A DNA stretch of 63,970 nt, filler included, from Octopus bimaculoides (GCF_001194135.2; 8 parts of 8 records of this genome joined end to end with filler, not necessarily neighbours in it); one strand, 5' to 3'. Positions 1 to 12,661 are shown, counted from the first letter of the whole stretch. Translations and numbers: made by a program. Notes: generated by a model not told the origin, from the letters alone.

Positions 1-69
<69 letters not shown>

Positions 70-857
70 CGTACGTGCGTGCATGTGTGCATTTATTAAA
101 TTAATATATTCCATGTTGCAGGTTTTTATGTTGTAAGTTGGCATTTGAAGTGTGGTAGCGTTTATTGATAGTGTAGATATGTAATTTATGATTCAATGTA
201 CTGGATGTGGAATTTTATATCAGTTGCGTATGTTGTTCGTATATCCTGTTTGAGGATGTCCCTTGATATTAGGTAGCCGGCTATTTCCGATGTTATTAGG
301 CCTTTGCCTAATCTGATTTGAGTGTAATAAGGCATATACGGTGTTCCGTGTTAAGGTATCAAAAGAATATATTCAGAATTATTATCACATGAATGTCGTG
401 TGTGATAATAAATGTCTTTTAATTCCAAGAAGACTTTGTCTTTAGAGCCATTAAAATTATGTTGCATTATTTAAATTTTTCGTTGCCAGTTCTCCAAATT
501 TTATTTTAGTATGTAAAGCATATTTTCAAAATGTATTCTGTGTAGACCTGTGACATAGGAGAGGGAGATAACTATATTTCCTGTTCTTATCATTGCTGTT
601 ATTGTTGTCAAGGTTCTTGGTTGTACTATGTAAAATATTTTTGAAGGGTTTTGTAAATGACGTTGCTAGGTGAACAACGTAGAAATTTTCTACTATTGTA
701 AAAGGATTTTCTTATTTTCTTACTGGCAGAAACATTGATTGGGTCGTTCAACGATAGCTTATGCCGGCAAAACAATTCTACATGAAAAAATTATATCGTT
801 CTATCAACTTTCAAGCCGTGACCATCTCATTTTCTTTTCTATTGTATTATAAATAAG

Positions 858-1002
858 GACTGAGTTCAAATTCCACCGAAGTTGACCTTTACATTTCGTC
901 CTTTCAGGGTCGATAAAATAAATGAAAGGTTAGTACAGTGGTAGATGTAATCGATTAATCACTCCTCCAAATTGCTGGCTTTGTGCAAAAAATTGAAACC
1001 AA
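858..1002 (+). mobile_element. tRNA-derived SINE family A, 5' truncated
   Basis: B-box gagttcaaattcc, body cgataaaataa...gatgtaatcga...aattgctggc..tgtgc..aaattgaaacc. Confidence 0.7.
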
Positions 1003-1207
1003 GACTGTTGTATTTGGTGCAGTAACTCATTTTTAAGGCGGTAGGATAATAGCTGGGGATTTGGCTGCCAGTTGTAGCGGTACCACCGACAAAATCTCTT
1101 ATTGTATCGGTTGGATCGTCTTTCATTATAGGTTTGTTCAACCAGGCTCGACCTGTGGCTAAACTACTACTACTACTACTACTACTACTGCTGTTGCTGC
1201 TGCTGCT

Positions 1208-1417
1208 GCTTTCAAGTGTTGGCACAAGGCCAACAGTTTCGGAGAAGGGATAAGTCGATTACATTATTAGATTGACCCCAGTGCTCAACTGGTACTTATT
1301 TTATCGACCCCGAAAGAAGGAAAGGCAAAGTGAACCTCGGTGGAATTTGAACTCAGAACGTAAAAACGGACTAAATGCCGCTAAGCATTTTGCTCGGCGT
1401 GCTAACGATTCTGTCAA
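1208..1417 (-). mobile_element. SINE family A
   Basis: Inverse of consensus gaatcgttagcacgccg..caaaatgcttagcgg...ctgagttcaaattcc. Confidence 0.8.
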
Positions 1418-1420
1418 GAT

Positions 1421-1597
1421 CAGTAATTTTGAGCAGAAGTGGTTAATCGATTACATTGATCTTAATACTTGATTGGTGCTTTATTTTGTTGACCCGGAGA
1501 TAAAGTGATGAAAGGTAAAGTTGACCGGGGTGTGATTGGAAATAAGAACATAAATAAATACCACAAGGTACTTCCCCGATACGCCAACGATTCTGCC
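1421..1597 (-). mobile_element. SINE family A, degenerate tandem copy
   Basis: Same inverse motifs (atcgattacattgat, ttattttgttgaccc, aacgattctgcc). Confidence 0.6.
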
Positions 1598-2044
1598 TAA
1601 CCATTCAGATATTTGTCACTCTTTTCAATTGCTTGTCATCTCTATTAATGTATATCGATTAATATGTAGATAGATGGAGAGTGGAGGTTCCTATCTATCC
1701 ATATAACAATCGATTCATTGATTGATAATTTATTCATCGATTCACCAATTGATCTAGTAATTCATCCAAAGATTGTTCAATATAAGCACACAAATGTTTC
1801 CAGTGATCTCCTTATGACTTGAACGATCTACTCGTCTATGTATGACTCCATGTGTCCTATCTGCCACGGTTTAGAGAAAAAGACAAGTGGATTCATTCAG
1901 GAGAAGAGAGGACAAATAGGTTCATACACGAGATAGAGAGAGGGTTAAAAGAGGTTCATACACGAGATAAAGAGAAGGGCGAGAATAGTTACAAATTCGC
2001 TCTTCCTTCCATCTTAATATTAATGTCTCCGTTCTTCCAATTTT

Positions 2045-2194
2045 ACGTTTGAGTTCAAATGCTGCCGAGGTTGACTTTGTCTTTCATCCTTTCGGGCTCG
2101 GTAAAATAAGTACCAACTGAGAACTGGGGTTGATGTAATTTACTTGCAACCCCGCCCTACAGTTGCTGGCCTTGTGCCATATTTTGAAACCAAT
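2045..2194 (+). mobile_element. SINE family A, partial
   Basis: gagttcaaatgctgccgaggttgactttgtctttcatcctttcggg. Confidence 0.75.
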
Positions 2195-2416
2195 ATTGAT
2201 TTGTTAATGAATCTAGCCCTATACATAGTCACCTGTGTCACCAGCCATTGTTTACTGATATACCATACTTTTCAGTTACCCATTCAGAAATTCAATGACA
2301 TATCCATGTATCTTACACGACAGTCTAGCGATCCAGCCTTCCATGCAATCCCTGACCCATTCATTGATCAACCGTCAAATCAGCTTTCTATTTATGTAGC
2401 ATTCATCCATCCGTCC

Positions 2417-2448
<32 letters not shown>

Positions 2449-2659
2449 TAAACGACATCAAGTCACAAAACCTGCATGTCTCCAGACTCCACAGCCCGCG
2501 GGCCCTCCAGCGGACATTTCAACATTCATTTTCCTCCGTGTCTGCCGAGAATGGGTGGAGGAGGCACCGCGGTGCTTCTTCGGAAGAGTTTGGACCTCAA
2601 AGTAAAAGCAATTTTNNNNNNNNNNNNNNNNNNNNNNNNNNNNNNNNNNNNNNNNNNNN

Positions 2660-2671
2660 TTAATTAATTAA
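2660..2671. other. Artificial scaffold linker TTAATTAATTAA inside an N gap
   Basis: Same 12-mer also at 12290, 19801, 25925, 43988, 52371 and 62533, always embedded in N runs; it gives stops in all six frames. Confidence 0.9.
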
Positions 2672-2715
2672 NNNNNNNNNNNNNNNNNNNNNNNNNNNNN
2701 NNNNNNNNNNNNNNN

Positions 2716-2758
<43 letters not shown>

Positions 2759-2759
2759 G

Positions 2760-3207
2760 CGTGCAAACCTTTGATGCAACCTTCTCCTATGCAGATGTTC
2801 GATGCCGCCTTGACCGATAGTACCCCTCGGACGGGGTTAAATCTAGATCGGGGTTAGTCCCTACCTTTCAGAGGCTTTTGAGCCCCCCTAGGTTAACTTA
2901 GGTTTAGATTAAGGCTTAGTTGTGATCCGAACATAACCTCTTCTGACACAGAGGATTGGGATCAGCAATGTTGTGTTCGGTTAAGTCTTATTTGGGATGA
3001 AAAATCAATAAACCGATTCCTGATGGGGTTTTCCATTCAGTCAGGACAATCAAATTGTCTGCAACCCATTTTCAGCCAAACGTTTACCAATTTCAACGAA
3101 TTTCGCTCAAATTTGATGTCAGTGCTACTTAATTTGGTCTGAAACAAAGGGGTTGATTAGCTTAATAATCTAATTTAATCCCGGGCAACGCCGGGCTATA
3201 CTGCTAG
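2760..3207 (+). mobile_element. Helitron-like 3' terminus
   Basis: Hairpin cccgg-gcaacg-ccggg (3180-3195), 8-nt spacer, then CTAG (3204-3207) followed by T. The 5' end is not defined, so the start is approximate. Confidence 0.55.
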
Positions 3208-4242
3208 TGTGTGTGTNNNNNNNNNNNNNNNNNNNNNNNNNNNNNNNNNNNNNNNNNNNNNNNNNNNNNNNNNNNNNNNNNNNNNNNNNNNNNNNNNNNN
3301 NNNNNNNNNNNNNNNNNNNNNNNNNNNNNNNNNNNNNNNNNNNNNNNNNNNNNNNNNNNNNNNNNNNNNNNNNNNNNNNNNNNNNNNNNNNNNNNNNNNN
3401 NNNNNNNNNNNNNNNNNNNNNNNNNNNNNNNNNNNNNNNNNNNNNNNNNNNNNNNNNNNNNNNNNNNNNNNNNNNNNNNNNNNNNNNNNNNNNNNNNNNN
3501 NNNNNNNNNNNNNNNNNNNNNNNNNNNNNNNNNNNNNNNNNNNNNNNNNNNNNNNNNNNNNNNNNNNNNNNNNNNNNNNNNNNNNNNNNNNNNNNNNNNN
3601 NNNNNNNNNNNNNNNNNNNNNNNNNNNNNNNNNNNNNNNNNNNNNNNNNNNNNNNNNNNNNNNNNNNNNNNNNNNNNNNNNNNNNNNNNNNNNNNNNNNN
3701 NNNNNNNNNNNNNNNNNNNNNNNNNNNNNNNNNNNNNNNNNNNNNNNNNNNNNNNNNNNNNNNNNNNNNNNNNNNNNNNNNNNNNNNNNNNNNNNNNNNN
3801 NNNNNNNNNNNNNNNNNNNNNNNNNNNNNNNNNNNNNNNNNNNNNNNNNNNNNNNNNNNNNNNNNNNNNNNNNNNNNNNNNNNNNNNNNNNNNNNNNNNN
3901 NNNNNNNNNNNNNNNNNNNNNNNNNNNNNNNNNNNNNNNNNNNNNNNNNNNNNNNNNNNNNNNNNNNNNNNNNNNNNNNNNNNNNNNNNNNNNNNNNNNN
4001 NNNNNNNNNNNNNNNNNNNNNNNNNNNNNNNNNNNNNNNNNNNNNNNNNNNNNNNNNNNNNNNNNNNNNNNNNNNNNNNNNNNNNNNNNNNNNNNNNNNN
4101 NNNNNNNNNNNNNNNNNNNNNNNNNNNNNNNNNNNNNNNNNNNNNNNNNNNNNNNNNNNNNNNNNNNNNNNNNNNNNNNNNNNNNNNNNNNNNNNNNNNN
4201 NNNTATATATATATATATATTATTTTGTTTTATTTGTTTCGG

Positions 4243-4548
4243 TCAAACAAATTGACCTGAGGTCTTATTCTTTGTAAGCCTAGTACTTATTCTATCGGTC
4301 TCTATTGTTGAACCGCTAGGTTACAGAGACATAAACACACCAGCATCAGCTGTCAAGCGATGGTGGGGGACAAACACACACACGCACACGCATATACGAC
4401 TGGAATCTTTCACATTCCCTCTACCAAATCTCCCAATAAGATCGGCCCGAGGCTATAGTAGAAAACACCTGCCCAATATGCCACGCAGTGGGACTGAACC
4501 CAGAACCATGTGGTGTGTAATCAAGCTACATACCACACAGCCACTCCT
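4243..4548 (-). mobile_element. SINE family B (head, central microsatellite, tail)
   Basis: Inverse head gtggctgtgtggta...catggttctgggttcagtcccactgcgtggc, central (CA)n, tail taagtactaggcttacaaagaataag. Confidence 0.8.
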
Positions 4549-4554
4549 TCATAT

Positions 4555-4820
4555 GAAGGCAGGTGGTTTTGTAGTTAGGGTGTTCGGCTCACGACCGTAA
4601 GATCGCGCGTTCGATTCCGAGCGGCGTGTTGTGGTCTTCAACAAGACACTTTATCTCACGTTACTTTAGTCCACTCAGCTGATGACAAAAAATTGGTTGT
4701 ATTTGTAATTCATAGTCTCACTGAGAACTACGTTTACGGTACACGTAGCAGGGGAGTGCTGAGCCACTTGTAGTCTAATTTAACGAGCAGGGTGTTCCGT
4801 TGATCTGATCAAATGGAACA
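4555..4820 (+). mobile_element. tRNA-derived SINE family D
   Basis: A/B boxes gtagttagggtgttcggctc and gttcgattcc; conserved tcttcaacaagacactttatctcacgtt; shares body with 35225-35575 and 61070-61345. Confidence 0.7.
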
Positions 4821-4831
4821 GCTGTACACAC

Positions 4832-4862
<31 letters not shown>

Positions 4863-4879
4863 TGTGTGTGTGTGTGTAT

Positions 4880-5030
4880 AGGGAGAATTCACAAAAAAAC
4901 AAAAGACGAAGGTAGGTGGTGTAGACAACAAACAGATGTAGTAGTTTGACGCTCGGGAAGTGAAAAAGTCTTTAACGTTTCGATCCTACGCTCTTCCACA
5001 GGAAGGAACACAGAAAGAAACAAGTAGAGA
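4880..5030 (-). mobile_element. Same Penelope-like repeat family, copy 1 (motif 4970-5005)
   Basis: Minus strand cttc-ctgtgga-a-gagcgtaggatc-gaaa-cgtt-aaagactttttcacttcccgagcgtcaaacta, clearly alignable to 52128-52296. Confidence 0.55.
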
Positions 5031-5335
5031 AAATAAAGAATTTGTAGTGGCTAACGATCTATCATGGCGAATGCCGACCAGAAGGGTCACATTAGGAAGA
5101 AGGGGAGATAATAAAATAGTAGTGATCCCAAAACAAAGATGCGCGTGCGTGTGTATAAGAGAGTATATATGTGCGTGTGGAAGGGAGCTGATGACCTTGA
5201 CATGTGCGTCTGTGTATGTGTAGGTGTGAAGACGTGGGGCTAGGAAGTGGTCAGTGCTACTGTGTGCGTGGTGGTGTGATGTGATGTGTTGTGTGGTATG
5301 GTGGTGTATGGTGTAGTGGTGTGTGGTGTAGTGTG

Positions 5336-5377
<42 letters not shown>

Positions 5378-6741
5378 GCGTGTGTGTGTGTGTGTGTGTG
5401 TGTGTATGCACACATATATGTATATGTTTGTACACAAATATGGCAGCAGCACAATGAATGAAACAAGTAAAACATAATACATACATGTTCCAGTCTGCGA
5501 CCATGCTGGTGCATTGCTTGAAGAGTTTGGTCAAACAAAGCTACCCTGAACATTTTTTTTTTATAGTCTGGTACCTTATTCTATTCGATTTTGCCGTACC
5601 GCTAGGTTACGGGTTCATAAACAAACCAACACCGGTTGTCAATCTGTGGTGGGGTTCAAACGTAAACTCAAATATACACATATACATACATACAAATACA
5701 TATATGTATGCATGTATGTCTATATGTATATCGGAATGAAAACACTCGTACACATACCACACACATGATATATATGTGGAGGGTGTGTGCGCTTGTGTTT
5801 GAGCGTATATATATTATATATATGCTCAAGGAAATTTGGAAGAAATGATCCGATAACTACATAAGATAATCAAACTGAAGAAAGGAAATTATAAACAATG
5901 GCTGCTATCTGCATTGACTCCGCTATATTACAATTTCCGCGTCGCCAATTCGTAAGCAGCACACTGTTGCAATATATAGCAGCCATTAGAGCCGTGAATA
6001 ATATTTTATTACCTATCAGATACTTCCAGTTTACTGTGCATGCTTCTGCCTGCTTGCATCGCTGAGAACAAACATTATTCTAGACGATTAGGCAGCAAGA
6101 CAAAGTGAAGCTGTGCAAAATTTTGATAGGAAAACATACACCTTATCCAAGTATAGTATGTGTGTGTGTGTGTGTGCGTGTGCGTGCGTGCGTGCGTGCG
6201 TGTGTCTGTTACTATGTGTTACCATATAGATATATATATGTGTGTGTGTGTGTGTGTGCTTTTATGTTGCTGTATAGTCATATAGAATTGTATATATCAT
6301 TGCATGCACATATTGAAATAAAGGCACTCACAAATATATACCAAATGATGCACATTTCCGATGTAGGCTCACCATATTTATCTATCGATATATGTTATGT
6401 ATATTTGTATATGTGTGGCTGTAGCAGTACACTCTGCTTACAGTGTCTCTTTTACTTGAATATAAGAACTGAATATTTATTGCTTTCGCTTCAGCATTTC
6501 ATGCTCTGCCATTTTGGGGCAAGCAAACTGTTCTAGTGATAAACGCGAAGAAAAACTCAAATACTCAATTTGTAAGAACATACCTACATAAACACATGCA
6601 TACATATATTTGGAGCCTTCTATCTTTGTTGTAAACCAGCTCCTTCCTAAAAGGAGGAACTTAAATAATTAAAACCAGAGAACATATATGTGTGTGTGTG
6701 TGTTCTTTTCTGTTATACACACACACAGACACACACACATA

Positions 6742-7239
6742 TATAGTTCATGAAGGTGTTTTTATGATTGAAATGTGACTTGAACTGAAGTGTTTTACTA
6801 ATTCTCGTGAAGTTTGCTTTCGATTTTCCTCAACTACGGTTTAGAAGCTCAATATTGACAGAACTTGGTCGTCCAGATCGAGGGGATCGTATGAAAGAAG
6901 CATTCCAGAGTGAAACTGGTGAAGCCAACATTGGCATGATTGGAAACTTTGAGCTTCATTCCCATAGACGGAACCGATATTTCTTGCTGCTTCCATTGCT
7001 GAAGAGCCTCTTTTGAATTTGCACAGCCAGCAGTGTTTGATAGGAATCTGATGAAAACTAATTTTAAATGGGTAAAATCGATACGAGTTTAACCACTATG
7101 GTACAAATTAAACTGCAAAGAAATAAATAAAAATGCCATTAGAATGTAAAAACTTAGCTTATTTTAACTGCACGTTTTGCAAAAGTACCCTCAAAGTGAT
7201 CATACCAAAAATGCGTCAGGACTTTAGTTCCAACCTTAA
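6742..7239 (-). mobile_element. Mariner transposon 5' fragment (TIR plus N-terminal HTH remnant)
   Basis: Minus strand starts ta|ttaaggttggaactaaagtcctgacg, a mariner-like TIR. It encodes HCWLCKFKRGSSAMEAARNIGSVYGNEA...RSGRPSSV...ENRKQTSREL with frameshifts. Confidence 0.75.
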
Positions 7240-7690
7240 TACATACAAATCATAAGAAGCCAAAAGTTAAATGAAGGGTACATCCCCGGGAAACAAAAAA
7301 GCCACTATATTACATGAGAGCTGCATTCACAAATAAACATGACATAAATGTATTTATAGTGTGAGAAAGTAAATCCGAACCTAGCATTACTTCAGCTTAT
7401 GGCGAAAACTATCAATTCAATGTTCACTCTCATCTGACAAAATATCTTGCGTTATTTAATTCCGACTCTACAAACGGAGTTCAAATTCAGCTTTGTATCA
7501 TTATAAGATAATGAAAATCAAGTATAGTGGATTGCGATATAGTCGATGAGAACACTTTCTACCAAAACGTATGGCCTTTTGTTTATGTTTGAAATGAGTT
7601 TATGTATTTTGCTTACATAAAGATTGGTGGATGACAAAATCGATGAAGCAGCGAACAAAATTCTTAAAGGATTTTTGCTTTGTACATTTA

Positions 7691-7898
7691 CGAGGAGGTG
7701 CTGAAAATTTTCTGGCTATGGGTAAAGAAAAATACAGGCGAATCAATTGATTTTATTCAACATATTCCCCTCTCAGATGCACACATTTATTACAGCTCCC
7801 TTTCGGCTTTTCTAAGCCCTGTAATGGAACTCGGAAGGTTGGGTCTCCAGACAGGCCTTTCACGACACCTTTAAAGCGAACTTTTCAGCACCCACTCG
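7691..7898. mobile_element. Mariner-type MITE (208 bp)
   Basis: TIR cgaggaggtgctgaaaatt / aacttttcagcacccactcg flanked by TA on both sides; second copy at 28092. Confidence 0.8.
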
Positions 7899-8215
7899 TA
7901 TATTATGAATACAAAATTTGTCACGATCGACTTGCCTTTTCTTTCATCTGGAGTCGATGCAAGAAGAACCAGTAATTCTGATGCTGTGCGTTTATTCGAT
8001 TCACTATACTTCTGCTCTTTATATTTGTTATTCTATATGTCAGCTCTGATTAAGGAAGCCTCTGGTGGAAGACTCTCCAGCCATGACTGCTTCGTCTTTT
8101 TACATGTCTTGGAGTAGATGTGTACATCCTTCTTTAGAGCTGCTATAGCTTGATTTGAGGGAATTTGATAGCTATTTCTAATAGGTGAAGCAACTGCATA
8201 GAGTCTTCCATCAGA

Positions 8216-8254
8216 AGTAGTGGCAGCAGCAGCAGCAGCAGCAGCAGTAGCAGT

Positions 8255-8324
<70 letters not shown>

Positions 8325-8540
8325 AGAGCTGGAAGAGGCGGAAGAAGAGAAGAGGAAGCGGAGGCGGTGGAGGAGGAGGAATGGGAGAAGGCTCAGTTGA
8401 TAAAATATTCAGCAGAAGCACTAAGTTCACCAAGATATTCAAGAACACTGGCAACAATGACAACAGCAGCAAGAACAACAAAAGCAGCAAAGCAACAACA
8501 ACAACAACAACAACAACAGCAACAGCAACAGCAACAACTG
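8216..8540. repeat. Compound trinucleotide microsatellite (AGC/AGT/GAG/CAA)
   Basis: Directly visible; explains the homopolymeric ORFs. Confidence 0.9.
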
Positions 8541-9429
8541 TTTTCAAAATAAAACCAAAAGTTTACAGTACGAAATTTGATATAAAAGCAAAACAGAAGT
8601 CATGTGAAAATGTTTAGAATTATACACCTGCAAAAGTTATCCAACATCTAACTCTATCCGACCTCAAGGAAAGAGAGGAAAAAAAAGTGGCATCCACCGC
8701 AGTAAACTTGCTGTATTGGAGATCATTAGTGCCAGATGGTGTTATGAAGAGAAGTCTATCCACATTCCCGCTTCTGAGTGACGATTATGTGTAGCAGCTT
8801 AGAAGAAAGCGGAAAAGAAAATTAAAACGAAAGAGGAAAAAAAAAAATTCATTGAAAGTTTTGTAACACTAAGTCGATCTATTGTGGAGATAAGAAGTCA
8901 TTTCTTAAGCGGGGAAAAACACGATATAATAAATAAGTATATACATAAATAAGTAAATAAAGTAGTTATACATAACTATTTCGTTATAAGATAAAGTTTA
9001 AACACTTTGGGTGCACGAAAGTTGAGAAGCTGTGAAACTAAGCCGGTGGGTCAAAGTTGTTTCCCATTTGGCATACACTGTAATACAAAGCCGTATTAAT
9101 TAATTTGTTGCGCAAATGTCACAAACTTTTGTCCAGAATATGGCTTCTAAATCAAACATTAAACTTAAGTAAATAAATAAAGTGTTATTTGTTTCGTTAC
9201 AACTGTTAAATATTTGCTGTTGTTGTTTTTTAACCCTTGGTAAGCTCTACATGAGTAGACCTACGATAAAAAAAAAGTCGTTCCAGCCTCGACTATCTTG
9301 TTCTTTTCTCGGCTATTGGGTTTCTATGACTATGTTATTCATTCGGTCCTTACATTTTAAAAAGATGTATAGGTATAACTTGAGGTAGATTTGACATCTA
9401 TTTTTAACATGTGAAGCGACCACTTACAT

Positions 9430-9697
9430 CAGTGGTTCTCAACCGGGGTCCATATGGCCCTTGGTGGGGGTGGGGGGTCTATATATAATATTGCTAAAAT
9501 TTATGTGCAATAAACTGGTTATATTTCTAAAATACACAAAATATTTAAACATTTCTTTAGATAATTTCTAATAATATTTAATCAATAAAAATATGATTGG
9601 ACTTTTTAGACATCAAATGGCCAAAAGGGTCCCTATCTGCCGAGTAAAACTAGAATCAAAGGAGGCCATAAGTAAAAAAAATGGCTAAGGAGCACTG
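9430..9697. mobile_element. hAT/Charlie-type MITE
   Basis: TIR cagtggttctcaacc / ggctaaggagcactg (imperfect); 8-bp TSD ACTTACAT / ACTTAGAT (7 of 8). Confidence 0.8.
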
Positions 9698-10528
9698 ACT
9701 TAGATGTTCTATCATCGGTTCATTTACGTTGGTTTTTTACTTCTGTTAGCTGGTATCATTGTATGGCCATGGCTTTCCTCATTTAATCGACTTTAGCATG
9801 GACATTATATTTCTATGAAATCTTTGCTCTTCGCCAAGATGAATGCAACATCGTAGACTACAAACGAGTAGAGCTGGATCTCACTGTACTTGCCTACGCA
9901 GTCTTTTGCCAGGCTTTACTCTATGAAAATCTGGACAACATTTACCTATCTATTGATATAGATTTTAAAATATGTACATGCGTGTAAGTGAAGAAATCTA
10001 CACTGCTTATGGTAATTCTTTGATTATTATTTGAAACTAAATGGCTGCTATTTCTTCATAATGTGATCTCTAGTGAATAAGTAGCGTGTATCGCACATAA
10101 AATGAACACAGTCCGAGGTCTACCATGGAATAGGAGCTACAAGATTATAGAGCAAAACTACAGATGTGTGACACCATCACCGCAAATTCCACCACCGACT
10201 TCGTTTCTTTATAACTTTCTGAAAAATGCATATTTTTTAATGAAAATTTCTAGAAATATATTTGCAGTGAGTGTATAAGGAAATACATTTCTAGTGAGTG
10301 TATAAGGAAAGTGAGTATATAAGAAAATATGGAAGGACGCAGGAAGACGACGAAAGATTAGAAACCAGAGCGAATGCTGGTGTGTGGAGATAGTGAAGAA
10401 AGGAAGAAAGGGTGTATAGATACATGTCCTTACGTCTTGAAGCAGTGATTAGCGCACGTGATTGTTACTGTGGCATATGCATGTGTTTGGATGTGTGAAA
10501 AATGAACGTCTTACTGAAATTTACTACA

Positions 10529-10885
10529 GGCATGGCTGTGTGGTAAGAAGTTTATTTCCCAACCACATGGTTCCATTTTCAGTACTACCGCATAGGAACT
10601 TGGGCAAATGTCTTCTATCGGAGCCTCGGACGGAGTAAAGCCTTGTGAGTGGATCTGGAAGACGGAAACTGTTTGTGTGTGCGTGTGTGTCTTTGGGTCA
10701 GGTTTTGTCCCCCATCACCGCTTGACAACTGGTGTTGATGTGTCTTTGTGTCCGGTTGGCAAAAAAGACCGATAGAATAAGGATCAGGCGTAAAAACATA
10801 AGTACACGAGACGATTCTTCGGCTAAAATCCTTTAAGGCGGTGACCCTAGCATGCCCAAAATCTAACGATTAAAACAAGTAAGGG
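10529..10885 (+). mobile_element. SINE family B
   Basis: ggcatggctgtgtggtaagaag...aaagccttgtgagtggat...(TG)n...gatagaataagg. Confidence 0.78.
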
Positions 10886-11094
10886 ATAAAAATTAAACAC
10901 GGTTCAGATGGTGTAGATTATGATAATATCCGTATTGATGTGAAAAAATTAAATTTGTGATGATAATTTAAACGTCTCGCGTTCGTTTGCTTACATGTTT
11001 TCACGAGACGTGTGCAATATGCTCCTCACTATACCACAATGTTTTTCCCATCACATTCCGATATAATTGTAATCTACATCGTCGGAAGCGTATT

Positions 11095-11390
11095 TACCAT
11101 TTTCATTTTACTTGTTTCAGTTATTAGACTGCGGCTATGCTGGGGCCGCCTTGAAGAATTCTTAGTCGAATGAATCGAACCCAGTACTTTTGTTTTTTGT
11201 TAAACCTGGTAATTATTCTATCGGACTCTCTACCGAACCGCTAATTTACGGAGACGTAAAAACATCAACACCGGTTGCCAAGCGGTGGTAAGGTAGAAAC
11301 ACAGAAACCTATAGTAGAAGACACTTGCCGCGTGCCACGCAGTGAGACTTAACCCAGAACCATATGGTTGAGAAGCAAGCTTCTTACTGC
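11095..11390 (-). mobile_element. SINE family B, internally deleted
   Basis: Tail (gtttcagttattagactgcggc) joined to head (ccagaaccatatggttgagaagcaagcttctta). Confidence 0.7.
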
Positions 11391-11599
11391 AGAAAATTTT
11401 ATCAAGATATACACATTTTTTAGAAAATCGGGGAAGAATGGCACAGATCTGTAGTTATGCGAATCATAGTTTGTTTGCTTAAATTTGTATTTACTTCTTA
11501 GCGTAGAAATAATGAAAACGAGAGTACTCAGAGACCGCAAACCTCAACCAATGCATCACAAATGTCCTCTCAACGATCAGTCAGAGATAATTTTCCAGA

Positions 11600-11880
11600 T
11601 GAGAATATCTGAAATAAATTCGACTGCTCTCATATACTAAAAATGAACCCGAACGCACTGAAAAGTTAAGTAAAAGACACTAAAAATAATCCAGAATCCT
11701 TGTTCAGTATCAGATCAATCCCAAAATGTAATCAGTTTGTGCCAGTTACAAGGCCAAACACCCCTAAAAGTTTCATCCGAATCCATCCATCGATTCTTGA
11801 GATATACTGTTCACGGATAAACAAACAAACAAACACGACTGCAAACAATATCTCTACCTTAGCTAAGGTAGAGGTAATAA
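11600..11880 (+). mobile_element. Helentron-associated (HINE/pearl-like) element end
   Basis: (AAAC)n tract followed by the perfect 22-bp palindrome ctctaccttagctaaggtagag (11852-11873) and gtaataa; start approximate. Confidence 0.4.
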
Positions 11881-12171
11881 TACACGAATTCTATATAGTT
11901 CTCTAAATAAGTTGAGAGCAATGAAAAGAGATGTTAACGTTCTCCTACTTAAGAGTTCAGGTTAGCTTTTCAAGTCAATCCTCTGGATTCGGTAAAACTA
12001 AAACTAATGCAATGCACAGGAACAAGACATTTCCTTCAAAATAGTAGCTTAATGTCTAAGAATTCTTTATTTTGCGCTCATTGAACAACATCGACGTCTA
12101 CTTCAGCTATTTACTGGCAACCATCCAAAAACATCAATTACTGTCGCTATGAATAATTGAATAAAGAGCAC

Positions 12172-12245
<74 letters not shown>

Positions 12246-12346
12246 NNNNNNNNNNNNNNNNNNNNNNNNNNNNNNNNNNNNNNNNNNNNTTAATTAATTA
12301 ANNNNNNNNNNNNNNNNNNNNNNNNNNNNNNNNNNNNNNNNNNNNT

Positions 12347-12661
12347 TATTCTAGCAGCTACACTTTCAGCGCACCCACCCCCACTACTAACTTGGTCGCC
12401 CAGATAGCGGAAGCTATCGACTACCTCTAGTTTTTCACCCTGGAATGAGATAGAAGTTGTTTCCTGTTTGTTTGCAGTCTTTATTGCACCTGAACATCTG
12501 CCACAAACAAAAACTAACTTGCTAGTTAACCTGCCTTTGATGTTGCTGCACCTCTTATGTGTCCATAGCTTGCACCGGGTACATCTTATAGAGTTACTAC
12601 CTACTCCTTTTCTACATACTGAGCAGGGCCATCTACCTGAAGGGGTTTGTGTTTTATCTAC
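12347..12661 (-). mobile_element. RTE-type LINE fragment (post-RT Cys-rich region)
   Basis: PSGRWPCSVCRKGVGSNSIRCTRCKLWTHKRCS...LEVVDSFRYLGDQVSSGGGCAESVAARI; truncated by a gap. Confidence 0.8.

Noticed and set aside
180-700. Minus-strand peptides faintly like LINE RT motifs (FLELKDIY, YATDI)
   Set aside because: Motif spacing is inconsistent and the sequence too degraded to call by eye.
2660-2671. Regularly recurring TTAATTAATTAA between N runs, superficially like a repeat array
   Set aside because: Assembly linker, not biological. No CRISPR array, intact tRNA or rRNA gene was found; the tRNA-like sequences are SINE heads.
3207-4277. Long ORFs in the track spanning N runs (also 13914-14768, 20525-21502, 22489-23763, 37179-38306, 41907-42632)
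   Set aside because: They are open only because N codons contain no stops; the flanks are microsatellites.
5897-5987. 12-bp inverted repeat aatggctgctat / atagcagccatt, possible pre-miRNA or MITE
   Set aside because: The interior does not pair, and the same motif recurs as a dispersed repeat fragment (about 10040 and 19120).
8143-8617. Poly-Ala/Val/Gln/Leu/Thr ORFs
   Set aside because: Trinucleotide microsatellite open in several frames on both strands; no domain or splice support.
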